From Phoronis australis (taxonomy: Eukaryota > Animalia > Phoronida): a stretch of DNA of 64,000 bases. The notes beneath the pieces were generated by a model that saw only the letters and a program-made list of their open reading frames with translations, was not told the DNA's origin and searched no databases. Both the position numbers and the translations under genes were made by a program. Every line of letters starts with the position of its first letter. Position 1 is the stretch's first letter. The DNA is taken from contig NMRA01000029.1 in assembly GCA_002633005.1 (NCBI GenBank), positions 291,707-355,706 on the forward strand, given 5' to 3'. Below are positions 43,001 to 52,100 of this stretch, piece after piece.

Positions 43001-45077
43001 TTTTTCACCAGGAATTTTGTGAGCTTGGCTTGAACAACACAAGCCCAGAAACCACGTCTATTTTGACAAAGCAATGATTTGAGACCGACTCCATAAGAAT
43101 AAGCGGCCTACTTCAAAACTTTTTTTCAACAGAAAGCCCAAGTTTAATGCCACTTCCAAGTAAAATCTAGGTGACAACAAAATACAATTTGGAATTGCTT
43201 GCACTTAATTAGCACAACACCATATGCTACTCACTTATGATACATGATACTGTGGTAAAAGTGTAATTTAACGGGAATTTTGAAATTAAGGAAATGCCTA
43301 GCTTCCACAATTGAGAGCCTGGAAGGTGTCTGCCCATTTTTTCACCACTTGCATCACGTTACTCCTAATTTACTTAACAATGAGGTAAAAAGAATTTTAT
43401 TTTGTATCACTGCGTTAAATACAAGGATGTCACAACCTTGACAATGTGGTATAATCAACTGCATTCAGCCAATCTTATCGCAATCAAAGTGGACATGTCT
43501 AGTGTCTTGAATCAAGCGAATTTGGCTAACTGAATCCACAGACAAGTTTTTGTAATGTAGTGTAATTTGCTCCCTTGACTCAGAGGCCCGAGCTACTATA
43601 CAGTCAATGGTCAATCCAAATATTCCTGTTCAACTACACGGTCTAAACATGCTTTAATTTGGCATAACAATCAAATTGAAGAACCTTTCGTGCATTCGAG
43701 GAACACCCTGAAGACTGGGTGTAGTTTAAACTTTTCCAACTTGGATAAGTACTTTGCGTTTCGCAATTACTTTCAAGTCCTCAAAAATAAAATCAATATT
43801 TAATCGCAATATCTTAGGCCCGTTATTTCGGGAATGAAACTGGTTCTCTAAATCAGGGACCGTTGATCCGACCAGTCACTAGTTGCTATTGAAACAGCAG
43901 CTAGTTTTTGTGCAATTCTGCAGCGTAGTGATTTTCGGCCTCCGTATGCGAACCCGAGAAATATGACATTTGAAAGATAAGAATGAATTCGAATAAAATT
44001 GTAATGAGCACAACTAAATATTTACAACCACCAAGTTGCTCACAGGACAGGTTGATCCATGGTGAAAGAATGAAAATCAGCCAGGTTGTAATATAGTACA
44101 CTCATGATTGACAAGAGATGAACTTTGAACAGAAAGTTAAAAACACGTCTACAGAGTGATATCGAAAAACACGTATGAAACTTCTCGCCATGCAGGAACA
44201 CAACATCAAATTCACAAGCATAATAATCAACCAATCAAGTTACAAGATTACCGAAATATTGAGAAATGCTTAAATACATCACGCAGTATACAGAAAGGTG
44301 CCAGACCAGGCGTAAAGGAATGTAGCCGACACAGACCTGAGTGAAGGCGAAGATCATTGATCATACTCTAAGCATTATAAAAGCATTCCTGTTACACTAT
44401 ATTGGATTCGTGATTCAGAGAACCAGTTCCATCCGCTGAGTAGTGGGCCCGTTATTCAGTGATTCCTTGGTTCTCAAAATCAGGGAGCCGCTACATTCCG
44501 GACTAGAAAATCCACAGGTGCTTCACTTCAGCTGTCCATAGTAAACACAAAACTCAATAAATTTACACAAAACAGGGATTCAACAAACCATGAGGAATTG
44601 TTCTTTCTCCCAATGCCATTTATGATGTCCTGCTCCACCGAGTTTGCAAGAAATACACGGTCAAAACACAAAAATCTTCCCAAAAAGCTCATCCAGAGCA
44701 ACTCCCTGGTCTCATGCGAAGGGTACAGAATTATCCAATGAGTTACTGTACGGAAAGGCAATTGCCGAGTTATCAATACCGTGACTTTCCCCGTGATGCT
44801 TGTTATGGACGGCTGAAGTGAAGCACCCGTGGAATTTCTAATCCGGAGTGTCATACCTTGTAGTATTATATAGAGTGTATTGGGGACGATCAGAAACTGG
44901 GGACGCCTGTGCTATACCCGACCAGTGCCGTGGGCGTGATGGTCTGCTTGTACCGCGACTGCTTGTACTCACCTGACATTTGGGACCGATCAACTTGAAC
45001 ACAAGTTCATTTTCAGCATTTGAAAGTACCATCGATGGCACATTATCTGCTCTAGGCCTGGGTTTGGCTTCGGTCAT
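970..45077 (-). CDS. WASL: WASP/N-WASP-like actin nucleation-promoting factor, full spliced gene (10 coding exons, 495 aa)
   Basis: Exons 45077-44973, 10799-10659, 10351-10265, 8427-8328, 6155-6111, 4292-4123, 3444-3264, 2964-2477, 2123-2012 and 1028-970 join in frame (1488 nt) via GT-AG introns. Domain order WH1-basic-CRIB-polyPro-WH2-WH2-C-acidic, ending DEDEDWD*. Probably co-orthologous to vertebrate WAS/WASL; two WH2 repeats are N-WASP-like. Confidence 0.96.
1105..1260. mobile_element. 156-bp MITE with hAT-like termini in the last WASP intron
   Basis: TIR CAGTGCTGTAGTGG (1105-1118) vs CCACTACAGCACGG (1247-1260), 13/14 match; GC-rich interior; no intact TSD. Confidence 0.65.
2012..2123 (-). 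CDS. WASL: WASP coding exon 9, central (C) helix ([37 protein letters not shown])
   Basis: Acceptor cctttgacag, donor G|GTGAGT, GL.GAL..AL..R...I motif. Not in the ORF track; translated by hand. Confidence 0.93.
2477..2964 (-). CDS. WASL: WASP coding exon 8, polyproline region + two WH2 motifs
   Basis: Acceptor ttctttgcag, donor AAG|GTGAGG. WH2 motifs [17 protein letters not shown] and [16 protein letters not shown](V). Confidence 0.96.
3264..3444 (-). CDS. WASL: WASP coding exon 7, GBD autoinhibitory core (LFQNAGI...[15 protein letters not shown])
   Basis: Acceptor tttgcccag, donor G|GTGAGT. IYDFIE contains the Tyr equivalent to the WASP/N-WASP regulatory phosphosite. Confidence 0.96.
4123..4292 (-). 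CDS. WASL: WASP coding exon 6, basic region + CRIB ([35 protein letters not shown])
   Basis: Acceptor ttccccatag, donor GAT|GTAAGT, CRIB consensus [14 protein letters not shown]. Confidence 0.96.
6111..6155 (-). CDS. WASL: WASP coding exon 5, 45-nt small exon ((A)[14 protein letters not shown])
   Basis: Acceptor atttttgcag, donor GTAAGT, phase 1/1. Resembles the short RRQ-containing exon that follows WH1 in vertebrate WAS (recalled). Confidence 0.82.
6590..6667. repeat. 37-bp tandem duplication
   Basis: AAAGTATTGACCACCCAGTAGGCATCAA(GC/AT)CACACTC occurs twice, 2 mismatches. Confidence 0.9.
6786..6818. repeat. 11-bp tandem repeat (TTGTATTTGCA) x3
   Basis: Directly visible. Confidence 0.8.
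8328..8427 (-). CDS. WASL: WASP coding exon 4, end of WH1 ([33 protein letters not shown])
   Basis: Acceptor aaatttcag, GLNFA..EA..F motif. Donor G|GTACAC at 8327; a second in-frame donor at 8303 makes the 3' end uncertain. Confidence 0.9.
9016..9470 (+). mobile_element. Internally deleted DNA transposon remnant carrying a truncated THAP zinc-finger fragment
   Basis: ATG at 9230 gives [15 protein letters not shown]...LKFFAFP, which fits the THAP N-terminal CxxxxC...FxxFP pattern, then degenerates. Weak inverted ends (AGACC..TGTCAATA / TATTGACA..GGTCT). Confidence 0.55.
10265..10351 (-). CDS. WASL: WASP coding exon 3, WH1 ([29 protein letters not shown])
   Basis: Acceptor tgtgttccag, donor GAG|GTACGT, 87 nt, WEQELY...FHTF motif. 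Confidence 0.96.
10659..10799 (-). CDS. WASL: WASP coding exon 2, WH1/EVH1 domain ([10 protein letters not shown]...[16 protein letters not shown])
   Basis: Acceptor ttgtttttcag, donor GTAAGG, 141 nt, phase 0/0, WH1 signature. Confidence 0.96.
12640..14050. mobile_element. Probable decayed DNA-transposon remnant (boundaries uncertain)
   Basis: Broken coding-like stretch 12980-13300 ending WTCPMC (PHD-like tail). Segment 12684-12729 is similar to the reverse complement of 30345-30390. Confidence 0.3.
14534..14572. repeat. (AGT)n microsatellite
   Basis: About 13 near-perfect units. Confidence 0.95.
15489..15540. repeat. 24-bp tandem duplication
   Basis: CATTGACTA(CGC/TGG)CAATAACCACTT occurs twice. 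Confidence 0.85.
15714..16166. mobile_element. Foldback MITE-like element (Harbinger-like GTCCACAC motifs) containing a (TG)n tract
   Basis: CCGTCCACACACACAGACTT (15722-15741) is inverted at 16140-16157. Shares TTATCYAAAGTGCCSTCCAC and GTTCTAGGGTAACTTG with 27467-27882. Confidence 0.6.
16049..16101. repeat. (TG)n / (TGCG) microsatellite
   Basis: Directly visible. Confidence 0.95.
17813..18759. mobile_element. Kolobok-like non-autonomous element with TTAA target duplication
   Basis: TTAA|AGGACCA ... TGGACCT|TTAA (short TIR, 6/7 match); no coding capacity. Family assignment is inference from the termini. Confidence 0.45.
20055..20458. mobile_element. 404-bp hAT-like MITE with 6-bp TSD (TTCAAA)
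   Basis: TIR CAGGGCTTGGAAT / ATGCCAAGCCCTG (12/13). TTCAAA directly flanks both ends (20049-54, 20459-64). Repeated subterminal (C)GCGGAAA motifs; CpG-rich against an AT-rich background. Confidence 0.85.
27467..27882. mobile_element. Second, diverged member of the GTCCACAC/GTGTGGAC repeat family, ending in a 43-bp tandem duplication
   Basis: Repeated TAGTGTGGA(C/T/A) and CAAGTT/AACTTG modules; units at 27796 and 27839 differ by 2 nt; motif matches to 15710-15890. Confidence 0.55.
31055..31810 (+). pseudogene. Possible decayed hAT transposase remnant
   Basis: Broken frames give MMTAF (31081), HRIPCVCY (31118; CxxH-like context) and [21 protein letters not shown] (31671-31747; resembles the hAT C-terminal dimerisation domain), in the expected order. 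Confidence 0.4.
33087..33112. repeat. 9-bp tandem repeat (CGATAAGAG) x3
   Basis: Directly visible; each unit contains GATAAG. Confidence 0.85.
37922..38420. mobile_element. ~500-bp PIF/Harbinger-like MITE
   Basis: TIR GGCCCTTTCATACTAAC vs GTCAGTATAAAAAGGCC (14/17). Internal repeats CAGTATGAAC, AGTTAACTTC and TTACTTCGATG. 3-bp flanks AGA/ATA (imperfect). Confidence 0.65.
40097..40272. repeat. Old ~111-bp-period tandem duplication
   Basis: AGATTCC..AACAACTGATAACACAAGACA recurs at ~40098 and ~40209. Confidence 0.6.
42771..42842. repeat. 39-bp-period tandem duplication
   Basis: AAATGACAC..TATG.CAAGCCCTGATAATACA occurs twice. Confidence 0.85.
44412..44481. repeat. Imperfect 70-bp palindrome centred on GGGCCC, with a third arm copy at 43817-43862
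   Basis: Arms GATTCAGAGAACCA...TGGTTCTCAAAATC. The right arm GGCCCGTTATT..GGTTCTC.AAATCAGGGA is repeated at 43817. Confidence 0.65.
44973..45077 (-). CDS. WASL: WASP coding exon 1 ([35 protein letters not shown])
   Basis: ATG in strong AAAATG context. NVPS..L...EN..VF.LIG.KC matches the WASP N-terminal WH1 helix. Donor CAG|GTGAGT, phase 0. Confidence 0.93.
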
Positions 45078-45986
45078 TTTCTCTGGCAGGTCAGAGCACA
45101 AATTATGTCTGGTTACAGATGTTAAACAGCGTTAAACCTGTTAAAAGTTGCAAGACTTCCTCAAAAATGGCCGCATAGCAACATCCGGCTTGAACGGCCT
45201 GGTTCTAATGTTTCCTGTTGCAGGACTAATGATGGGGAACCAGATAAGATTTTTGGCCAAAGCCTAGCATATATTTTCACATTAGTGGTATGAATGTTTA
45301 CTGAATGTAGGCCTACATCGCAAACTGTTATCGAATATCTTCGAAAAGCTGAGATCAAGAAGTTGAGACCACAATGAGAATCAAAAATACTGTTGCACTC
45401 CTAATAGTTTGTCCGTGAACATTTATTATTAATGAAGTCAATGTTGTTCAGTTTTGTTTTGAGAGAGAAATTATTCGAAATTTTCCATCTGTTGTAAATA
45501 CAGCCCTACTTTGACAAATGGTTCGTGTAATGTTCCATACTAACTGAACTAGGAGGTACAATATTTTATTCATGTTCTGGCTTTTCCGCTCAGGAACCAG
45601 TTTCATTGTAATGTCGTAAAATTAGGCTACAACATTTTTACACCGTGCAAAGGCTGAACGTAGATTTACACCAACATTTCTGAAAATTTACAACATTTCG
45701 GTGAAACTCCGATAACCTAGCGATAACGAACCAACTGAACGAACTCTGTAACTTCATAATTACCCATCAGATGACGCTGGCAGTTGCATGAGAGCGAAGC
45801 TCCGCCCACTAACCGCAGAACGACTTGTGTCAGCCGTCGGTTACTCTTTTGTTATCGGGTCATAGCCTTGTATAAAGCGGGAAAGCAGGAATAGCCGAGT
45901 CAGATACTAGTATGATTACGGGAGCGAATAGGTAGCGCAATACGACTTTTGGAATATATGAGAGGCATTTTTGCCCAAGTTTACAC
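45078..45986. promoter_or_regulatory. Divergent (putatively bidirectional) promoter region and 5' UTRs of WASP and NUAK
   Basis: 909 bp between opposing ATGs. WASP side: ETS-like ACTTCC and YY1-like AAAATGGCCGC (~45155-45174). NUAK side: TGACG (45772), GC box CCGCCC (45802), TATAAAG (45871). TSSs are inferred, not observed. Confidence 0.7.
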
Positions 45987-46136
45987 ATGACGATCTTCAA
46001 AATGTCACATCCGATTCCTATGCGACAACATCACAAGCATCACAACTTGAAGCATCGTTTTGATTTGATCAAAACTTTAGGACAAGGCACTTACGGAAAA
46101 GTGAAACTTGCGGTCGACAGACTTTCAGGAGAAAAG
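45987..46136 (+). CDS. NUAK1: NUAK coding exon 1 (His-rich motif + Gly-rich loop)
   Basis: [30 protein letters not shown]; donor AAG|GTAAGA, phase 0. Confidence 0.94.
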
Positions 46137-49100
46137 GTAAGAGATCACACGTGCAACCTATGCAGTTTTGGACATTGGTAAAATAAACTTCCATTTACCC
46201 TGCTGCTGTAGGCCTGCTGCAATTAAGATTCAGTCAGTCAAGCCAGTAAATGTAGGCCTAAGCCTACATGGTTTTATGCATGCCGTGCCTTTGTGGTGAC
46301 ATGAGTCATCACACCTCGTCACCAAGATTAATGTTTAGTTAAATTACATTTATGTTCAGTCTGAAGTCAGTGTACCCCTGTTTAAATGCGTCAAACCCTG
46401 TTTTCTTGTCGTTGTTAATGTAATTTACATCGGATCATAAATTTGAGAATCATCATAAATTTGTGGTTTTGGTAGGCTACTTTAGGTCTTTACTAAACTC
46501 AACGATTATTCAAGCATCAGCTTGCTGTTCATACTTAGGCCTAGGCCTATAGGTTTTTTAAGTTAAATTTTGTTTTTTGTTTTTGTTTGTGGCAGTGTAT
46601 CTCTGGTAAATAGGCAATATTTACTAATAAATACCCCCAGATAACAGTGTTGTATTTTATAACCTGTAAGCATAGTACACAGTAGGCCCAATTGTTAAAT
46701 TGGGTGGGACTGAGTAGTGTCCTGTTGGTGGAGAGGTGGGCTACCCTGTTTGTAAACATTATAAAGTAATGTCATTGTGTGGGTTAATATTATGTTTAAG
46801 TTAGTAGTTTGTGGTTGACATTACCATTGTGGCTGGTATGCAAGACAATGTGTGCTCAAATCAATGAACCTAATATAGACCAATGATTAATTCAGGTACA
46901 ATTCACATGTCCTTGCAAGATTGGTTCCGCACATGGTCTGGGGAGTGTATACTCAGTAGGGGGTGGTCGATTTCATTCCAGACTTTTGTTTTAGTCTAAT
47001 GGGCATAGGAAATGTGTTTAGGTTAGCATCTATGAATAAATTGACAGACTTATGCTAACCAGATTTACATAAGTAAAACCTTAGGGGATCTAGTTTGAAA
47101 TTTTGTGTGAAATAATTTCAGTTGTCTGGTGTTAAAGGTTGTTGTGAATTGGCAAGTTGGTGTTTTTGATTAAGTAAATTGTTGCTTGTAACTGGTTACA
47201 TGCAGTACATTTATGTTAGTGGATTCCTGTGGTTAAATAATCCTATTTAGATATTGGCTCTGTTTCCATTTACATGTATCCTAATCATTTCCTTGTGTCG
47301 CCTGAAAAGTCACCAAAGGTTATAGAAAAGCTGTTTGACCACATTTCAAAGAGAAGTAAAAAGTAAAAAATAGTATGGCCGTACATGAAGCAGAGGAATT
47401 TTTGTGTGTAATCCTCAAAAAATAAACAATGTAGTGTAGTAGGTGCTTAGTTTGGCACATGTCACATAGATTGGTCCCATTATTCCTTGAGTGAAACTAG
47501 TTCTCCATGCGGACTGTTTTTGTTAGATCAGTGCCCTCGGCAAGCTCTCTCCCATACTCTAGCCAATGATCTCCCTGTGGGGCAATCCAACGCTTGTTAA
47601 TTAATCCAATTTCATATCCAGATATGATGTTTGTTTTATTCTTGAAATCGTTGCATGTGTTTCCGAACCATATCAAATAAAATATTTAAATAATGTAATT
47701 TTTATCTTCTGGAAATCTGCACTTAGAATTATCTTTTCTTGTTTATTTTGGATAAATATAGTTTTTATGTAAGGGGGGTCACAGCGAATTTGTGGGTTTT
47801 TATCTTGATGACCAGTGTCCTTCAGTGGTTTTCTCAGTTGGCTACTTCAGCATTGTAAATGTATGTTTATTCTTGACTTCCTTGTGTAGTTAGAACTGTC
47901 ATTAACAGATCTCCGTTTCCTGCCCAAGTGCTGAAATATTTATTCAAGTTGTAAATGTCTGTTAGCCACATCCTTGGCTGGTGGATTTTAGTGGTAAATA
48001 TTTTTCTTGGAACATTCTCTGCTGTGTGCAGTGGTCCAGCGTAGGAGTTTTGGCCTTTGGATTATGGAGTCCTCACAGGTTAATTAGCAGGGGATAAAGG
48101 TGTTTTTACCCAATCTTGCAACAAATATTTTCTCTGCAGGGCTTCTTTGAGTGGACTAAGGTCATTACTTAGAAACTGTTTTCTTTTGCACTGAACCAGT
48201 TGTTGTCGTACTGTGTAGTGACTGGCCCTTTGCTATGAAGCAGAAAGATTGTCCGTTGAGTCAGAAATTTCTCTAAATCAACAAATACGCGGTTGTTTTT
48301 CGAGCCTTACCCATTCAAGTCCTCAACACATGCATGGTCTCTGTGTTGTATTGTGATGCAACTGCTATGGAAAATTTTGGCCAGTCTTGACAAGTCTATA
48401 CAGTCTGTTCTTGCTCATTATTTTTTTTTGCATAGTTGTGATGTAGTGCAACAAATTAAGGTTAACATAGGGGTAATAACATTTTCTATTCACCATTTTA
48501 TTCTCCACTATAGACAAAGCATTCACCAGCAGTTCTCTATAGGGGTGGGGATTAGAATATAGATTGTTATCAGGGGAGAATAATAAACTATCCCCAGGTA
48601 ATCATGCCCAATTAAGCAAAGGGTGCATTGCAAAGCAGTTCTGGCTTTTTATGCTCTTGTTTCCTAAATGTTCTTTTGTTGTCAAAGTTGAAAAGTTGCT
48701 TTCAATAAACAATTTGCTCTGTAGCTTCATTGACTAGATTCAGTAAGCGCCCAATAAAGGCTTTGTATTTGACTAGTAAAAAGTGCCGCTTATGTTGTAA
48801 CCCTGCCCCCGCCAGTTTTATCGGAGATTTTCAATGGCCTGGTCAAAACAAAGCCTCATCCAATGGCTAGGCGTCTCAAAACAAAACATGTTTTTCTCCC
48901 GCCAAATGCAGAACACGTCGTTAGCTACCCAAAGTTTTTGTGTTTGCGTTCCATCGGAGTTCTGATATAACGTAATAAATTTTTGTGTTTGTCTGGTGAT
49001 AAGCCTCACATTCTGTTTGAGAACGGGTCCTATTTCCTGTTACCTGACCTTGGTGAGCAAACACGCAGACAGTTTCGATTTAATACGGATCAAGATAGAT

Positions 49101-52100
49101 TTCAATTTAATCTGTTATTGAAATCATCTCTTGCAGAAGCTGGCTATAATGCAATTGAATTTGCACAAATCACATGCCGAAGTATACTGAAAATTTTTTG
49201 GAAGTCAACTTGGGCGCTAAAATGGTGCTTAAGTCATAAAAATTTTAAGAAAACTTCAGAGGTCTTAAATACTGAACACAAACTTTGTTGTCCTTACTTC
49301 TCAATATTTTATTAAGGTTGGGGTTAGGGGTACCATGACATCTCTGTGTTGTTGCAATGATCACAACTGAACACTAACGCCTCCACGCATTTCTACATTC
49401 CTACTCTGTTTGAACAAAATAAGAATCTCCTATTCTCCCCTGTTTAACAAATATACATTGCCAAGTTTGTTCATAAACACCAGTTGGGTATTCCTATTTC
49501 AAACTGTAGACTTGCGATTATTGAACTGGGTTGTGTAAGTTGCTTCTCAATTGATTGCGTGGATGAATTCTGTTTAGAGTATAAATAACTGTGATGCATG
49601 GTTCTGTCGATAAGTGAACATTGGATTTTGACAGTTTTTTTGTACAAGCCGGAAGTGCTTTTTGTATTTTGTAGGGATTCTTTATTGACTTTCTATAAAA
49701 ATGCGGCTACTTATTTATTGATTTAGGTGTTTGATTAGTATTGTGGAGTAGTGTATATGCCAAATAGTGCATTTTAAGAATCCAGGCTTTAAAAAATGCG
49801 ACCTGGTGTGTGTGTGTTTGGCCTGCACTTGTGTCATGTTGATATCATTGAAAATTATGGCCACAAAGAATCACTGATATAAGTGCCAAAGTTTTTTGTC
49901 CACTTCCAAGCATTTTTAATTGTTTGAAGCTATATTTGGCATATCACTTAATCACTTTTGACATGTTTTTCTGCGAAGTGCTAAAAATAAATCCTGCCCT
50001 ATCAAAGGCTATCCTAAAATCTACCAGCGTTATCGACAAACCTTGTGATTTGCGTGACATTTCTCACTATAGGCACTGACACACCTCGTTATCTTGCTTG
50101 TGATGAATTGATATTTTATTCAGATTTCATGTTAGTTTTTCGAAAAATATCGCTCACTTATCCATAACGAGGCTGATAGCAATGGGTGCGTCGTCCATGT
50201 GATTTTATCGGTACACGCGCACCTGAATTTTTCAATGGAGTCCAAACAATATATGACCTCCTGCTGAGATAAGACGGATCTAAACCGTGTCATGTGTTTT
50301 CATGCAGATTAAGTCGAGTGGCAGTAATCACGTTAAATATTGCGCGTTTTGTCTATTTCAGGTGGCAATAAAGTCAATAAAGAAAAAGAAGATAGAAAAT
50401 GATCAAGATCTAGTCAGAATCAAACGAGAGATTGAAATCATGTCTTCACTCAGCCACCCCCATATTGTTAACATTCAGGAAGGTAAGTGTATTGTCCTAA
50501 GGCTGATGGTTACTATGGAAACCATCTGGAACACTGTGCCTGGTGGTTTTATTTAATTGTGTGCATAATGTCCGTTTCTGTCCAGAAATGTTAAGATAAA
50601 TTTCTTGTTAACTCTCAAAATATAGCATACTCTGGAACTCTCAAACTTTTACGTGTCGCCACTCTGTCTCATTTTTGCTTGGCTAATCACTGAAAGTGTC
50701 TGACAAATGTTGAAATCAGTGCACTCTTCAATTATCAATTATCAATTATTTCACTGTTCACCCAACTTGAGCAAACCGTACGCGAAAATCATGCTAGAAA
50801 CTTATGTATGTCCATATTTGTTCTCCATACACAGACATTGTAGGGACCCACTTGTTGTGCCATTAAAACCCGACCCATTCTAAGCGGGTTTTTTGGCGCT
50901 TTGTATAGGCGGATAATACGAGTCTTTAAACATATCATGCTGGATTTACCTACACCATCAGGAAATGAATTGAAAAATCCCACTATTTGTTTGCTAAACA
51001 AAACGGTCGCCAGCTCGCTCCCGAAAGCAAACAGAACCCTGAATGAAAAAAGCTCAGCTCAGTGAAACTCGGGATCAGAACTATTGTATTTAAACAAAAT
51101 TTTATGCTATTCCTTGAAATGAACTTGTTTTAAACAAGTGCAGATGTTACCAGTCAGGGGAAGTTTGTCATTGGGTTCTTAAGTTCAGTCATTGTATTTT
51201 TTCTATTCAGCTTCAAAAAGCATTCGAATCCGTCTGGGGTCATCATACGAACCTCTTTGTTTGTCCCTAGTGTGTCTTTTCCCTTGTCTGCTTAATGTCA
51301 GCGAGTAAAATCGCATTGGCTTTCAAACACCTGTGAAAGATTCTCCCGAGTGCATTTTGTCTGTTCTCCGAATCGAATACAGTCCATCTTTGTCAAAACA
51401 AAAAACCTGTATGTTTGCTTGGTCTAAACCACTAATTGGGCGTTAAAAGTCTGGTCTCAGGGCATTGTATAGCATGTTTGCTTATATGCTTACAACCTTG
51501 TGACAGTAGAAATATGGGCCTCATGTCACCCACTCAAAAGTGGATGTCACCATGTCAATAAATATTTGATGTGCATAGGCGTTGCCCCCTGAAACCAACA
51601 ATCAGGCTTTAGTGGTCTTTTAAAGAGGTGATGAATTTTGAGAAAGGGTTACATCAGACACCACTCTTGTTTCTGTGAAGAAATCATATTTTGTTACCTC
51701 GGTAATTAGCTGTAGTTTTTATTCAGATGTGTGTGGTCTTTTTATACTTCCATTGTGGCTATTTGCATTTTTAGGACGACTTATAATCTCTGGTACCTTT
51801 ACATGCTCATGTTAATTTGTTTTTAACATTCTTCAATGCTGCTATAAACATTTACTACCAGTGTCATTCTTTTCTATTAAAGCCCAGCCAAAGACATAAT
51901 TACAACAATAAAACTACCTTGGTCGCCTCTTTTTGTCTATAGTTGGGAGACTGGCTGTACTTGAGGTTAAGTGATTTTTCATGCTCCAAGCATCAAAACA
52001 TCTATTATTAGTATCACTGTTGTTCTTTGTGTAGGAGAGATAGGCCAACCTGTGTCTGTTGGACAGTATTGTTTTTCCGCTCAGTGAATGACCAATTTTG

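Noticed and set aside
44838-45101. 87-aa ORF as a single-exon gene, or WASP start at 45101
   Set aside because: The listed start is TTG. Homology begins after ATG 45077 and stops at the GTGAGT donor at 44972.
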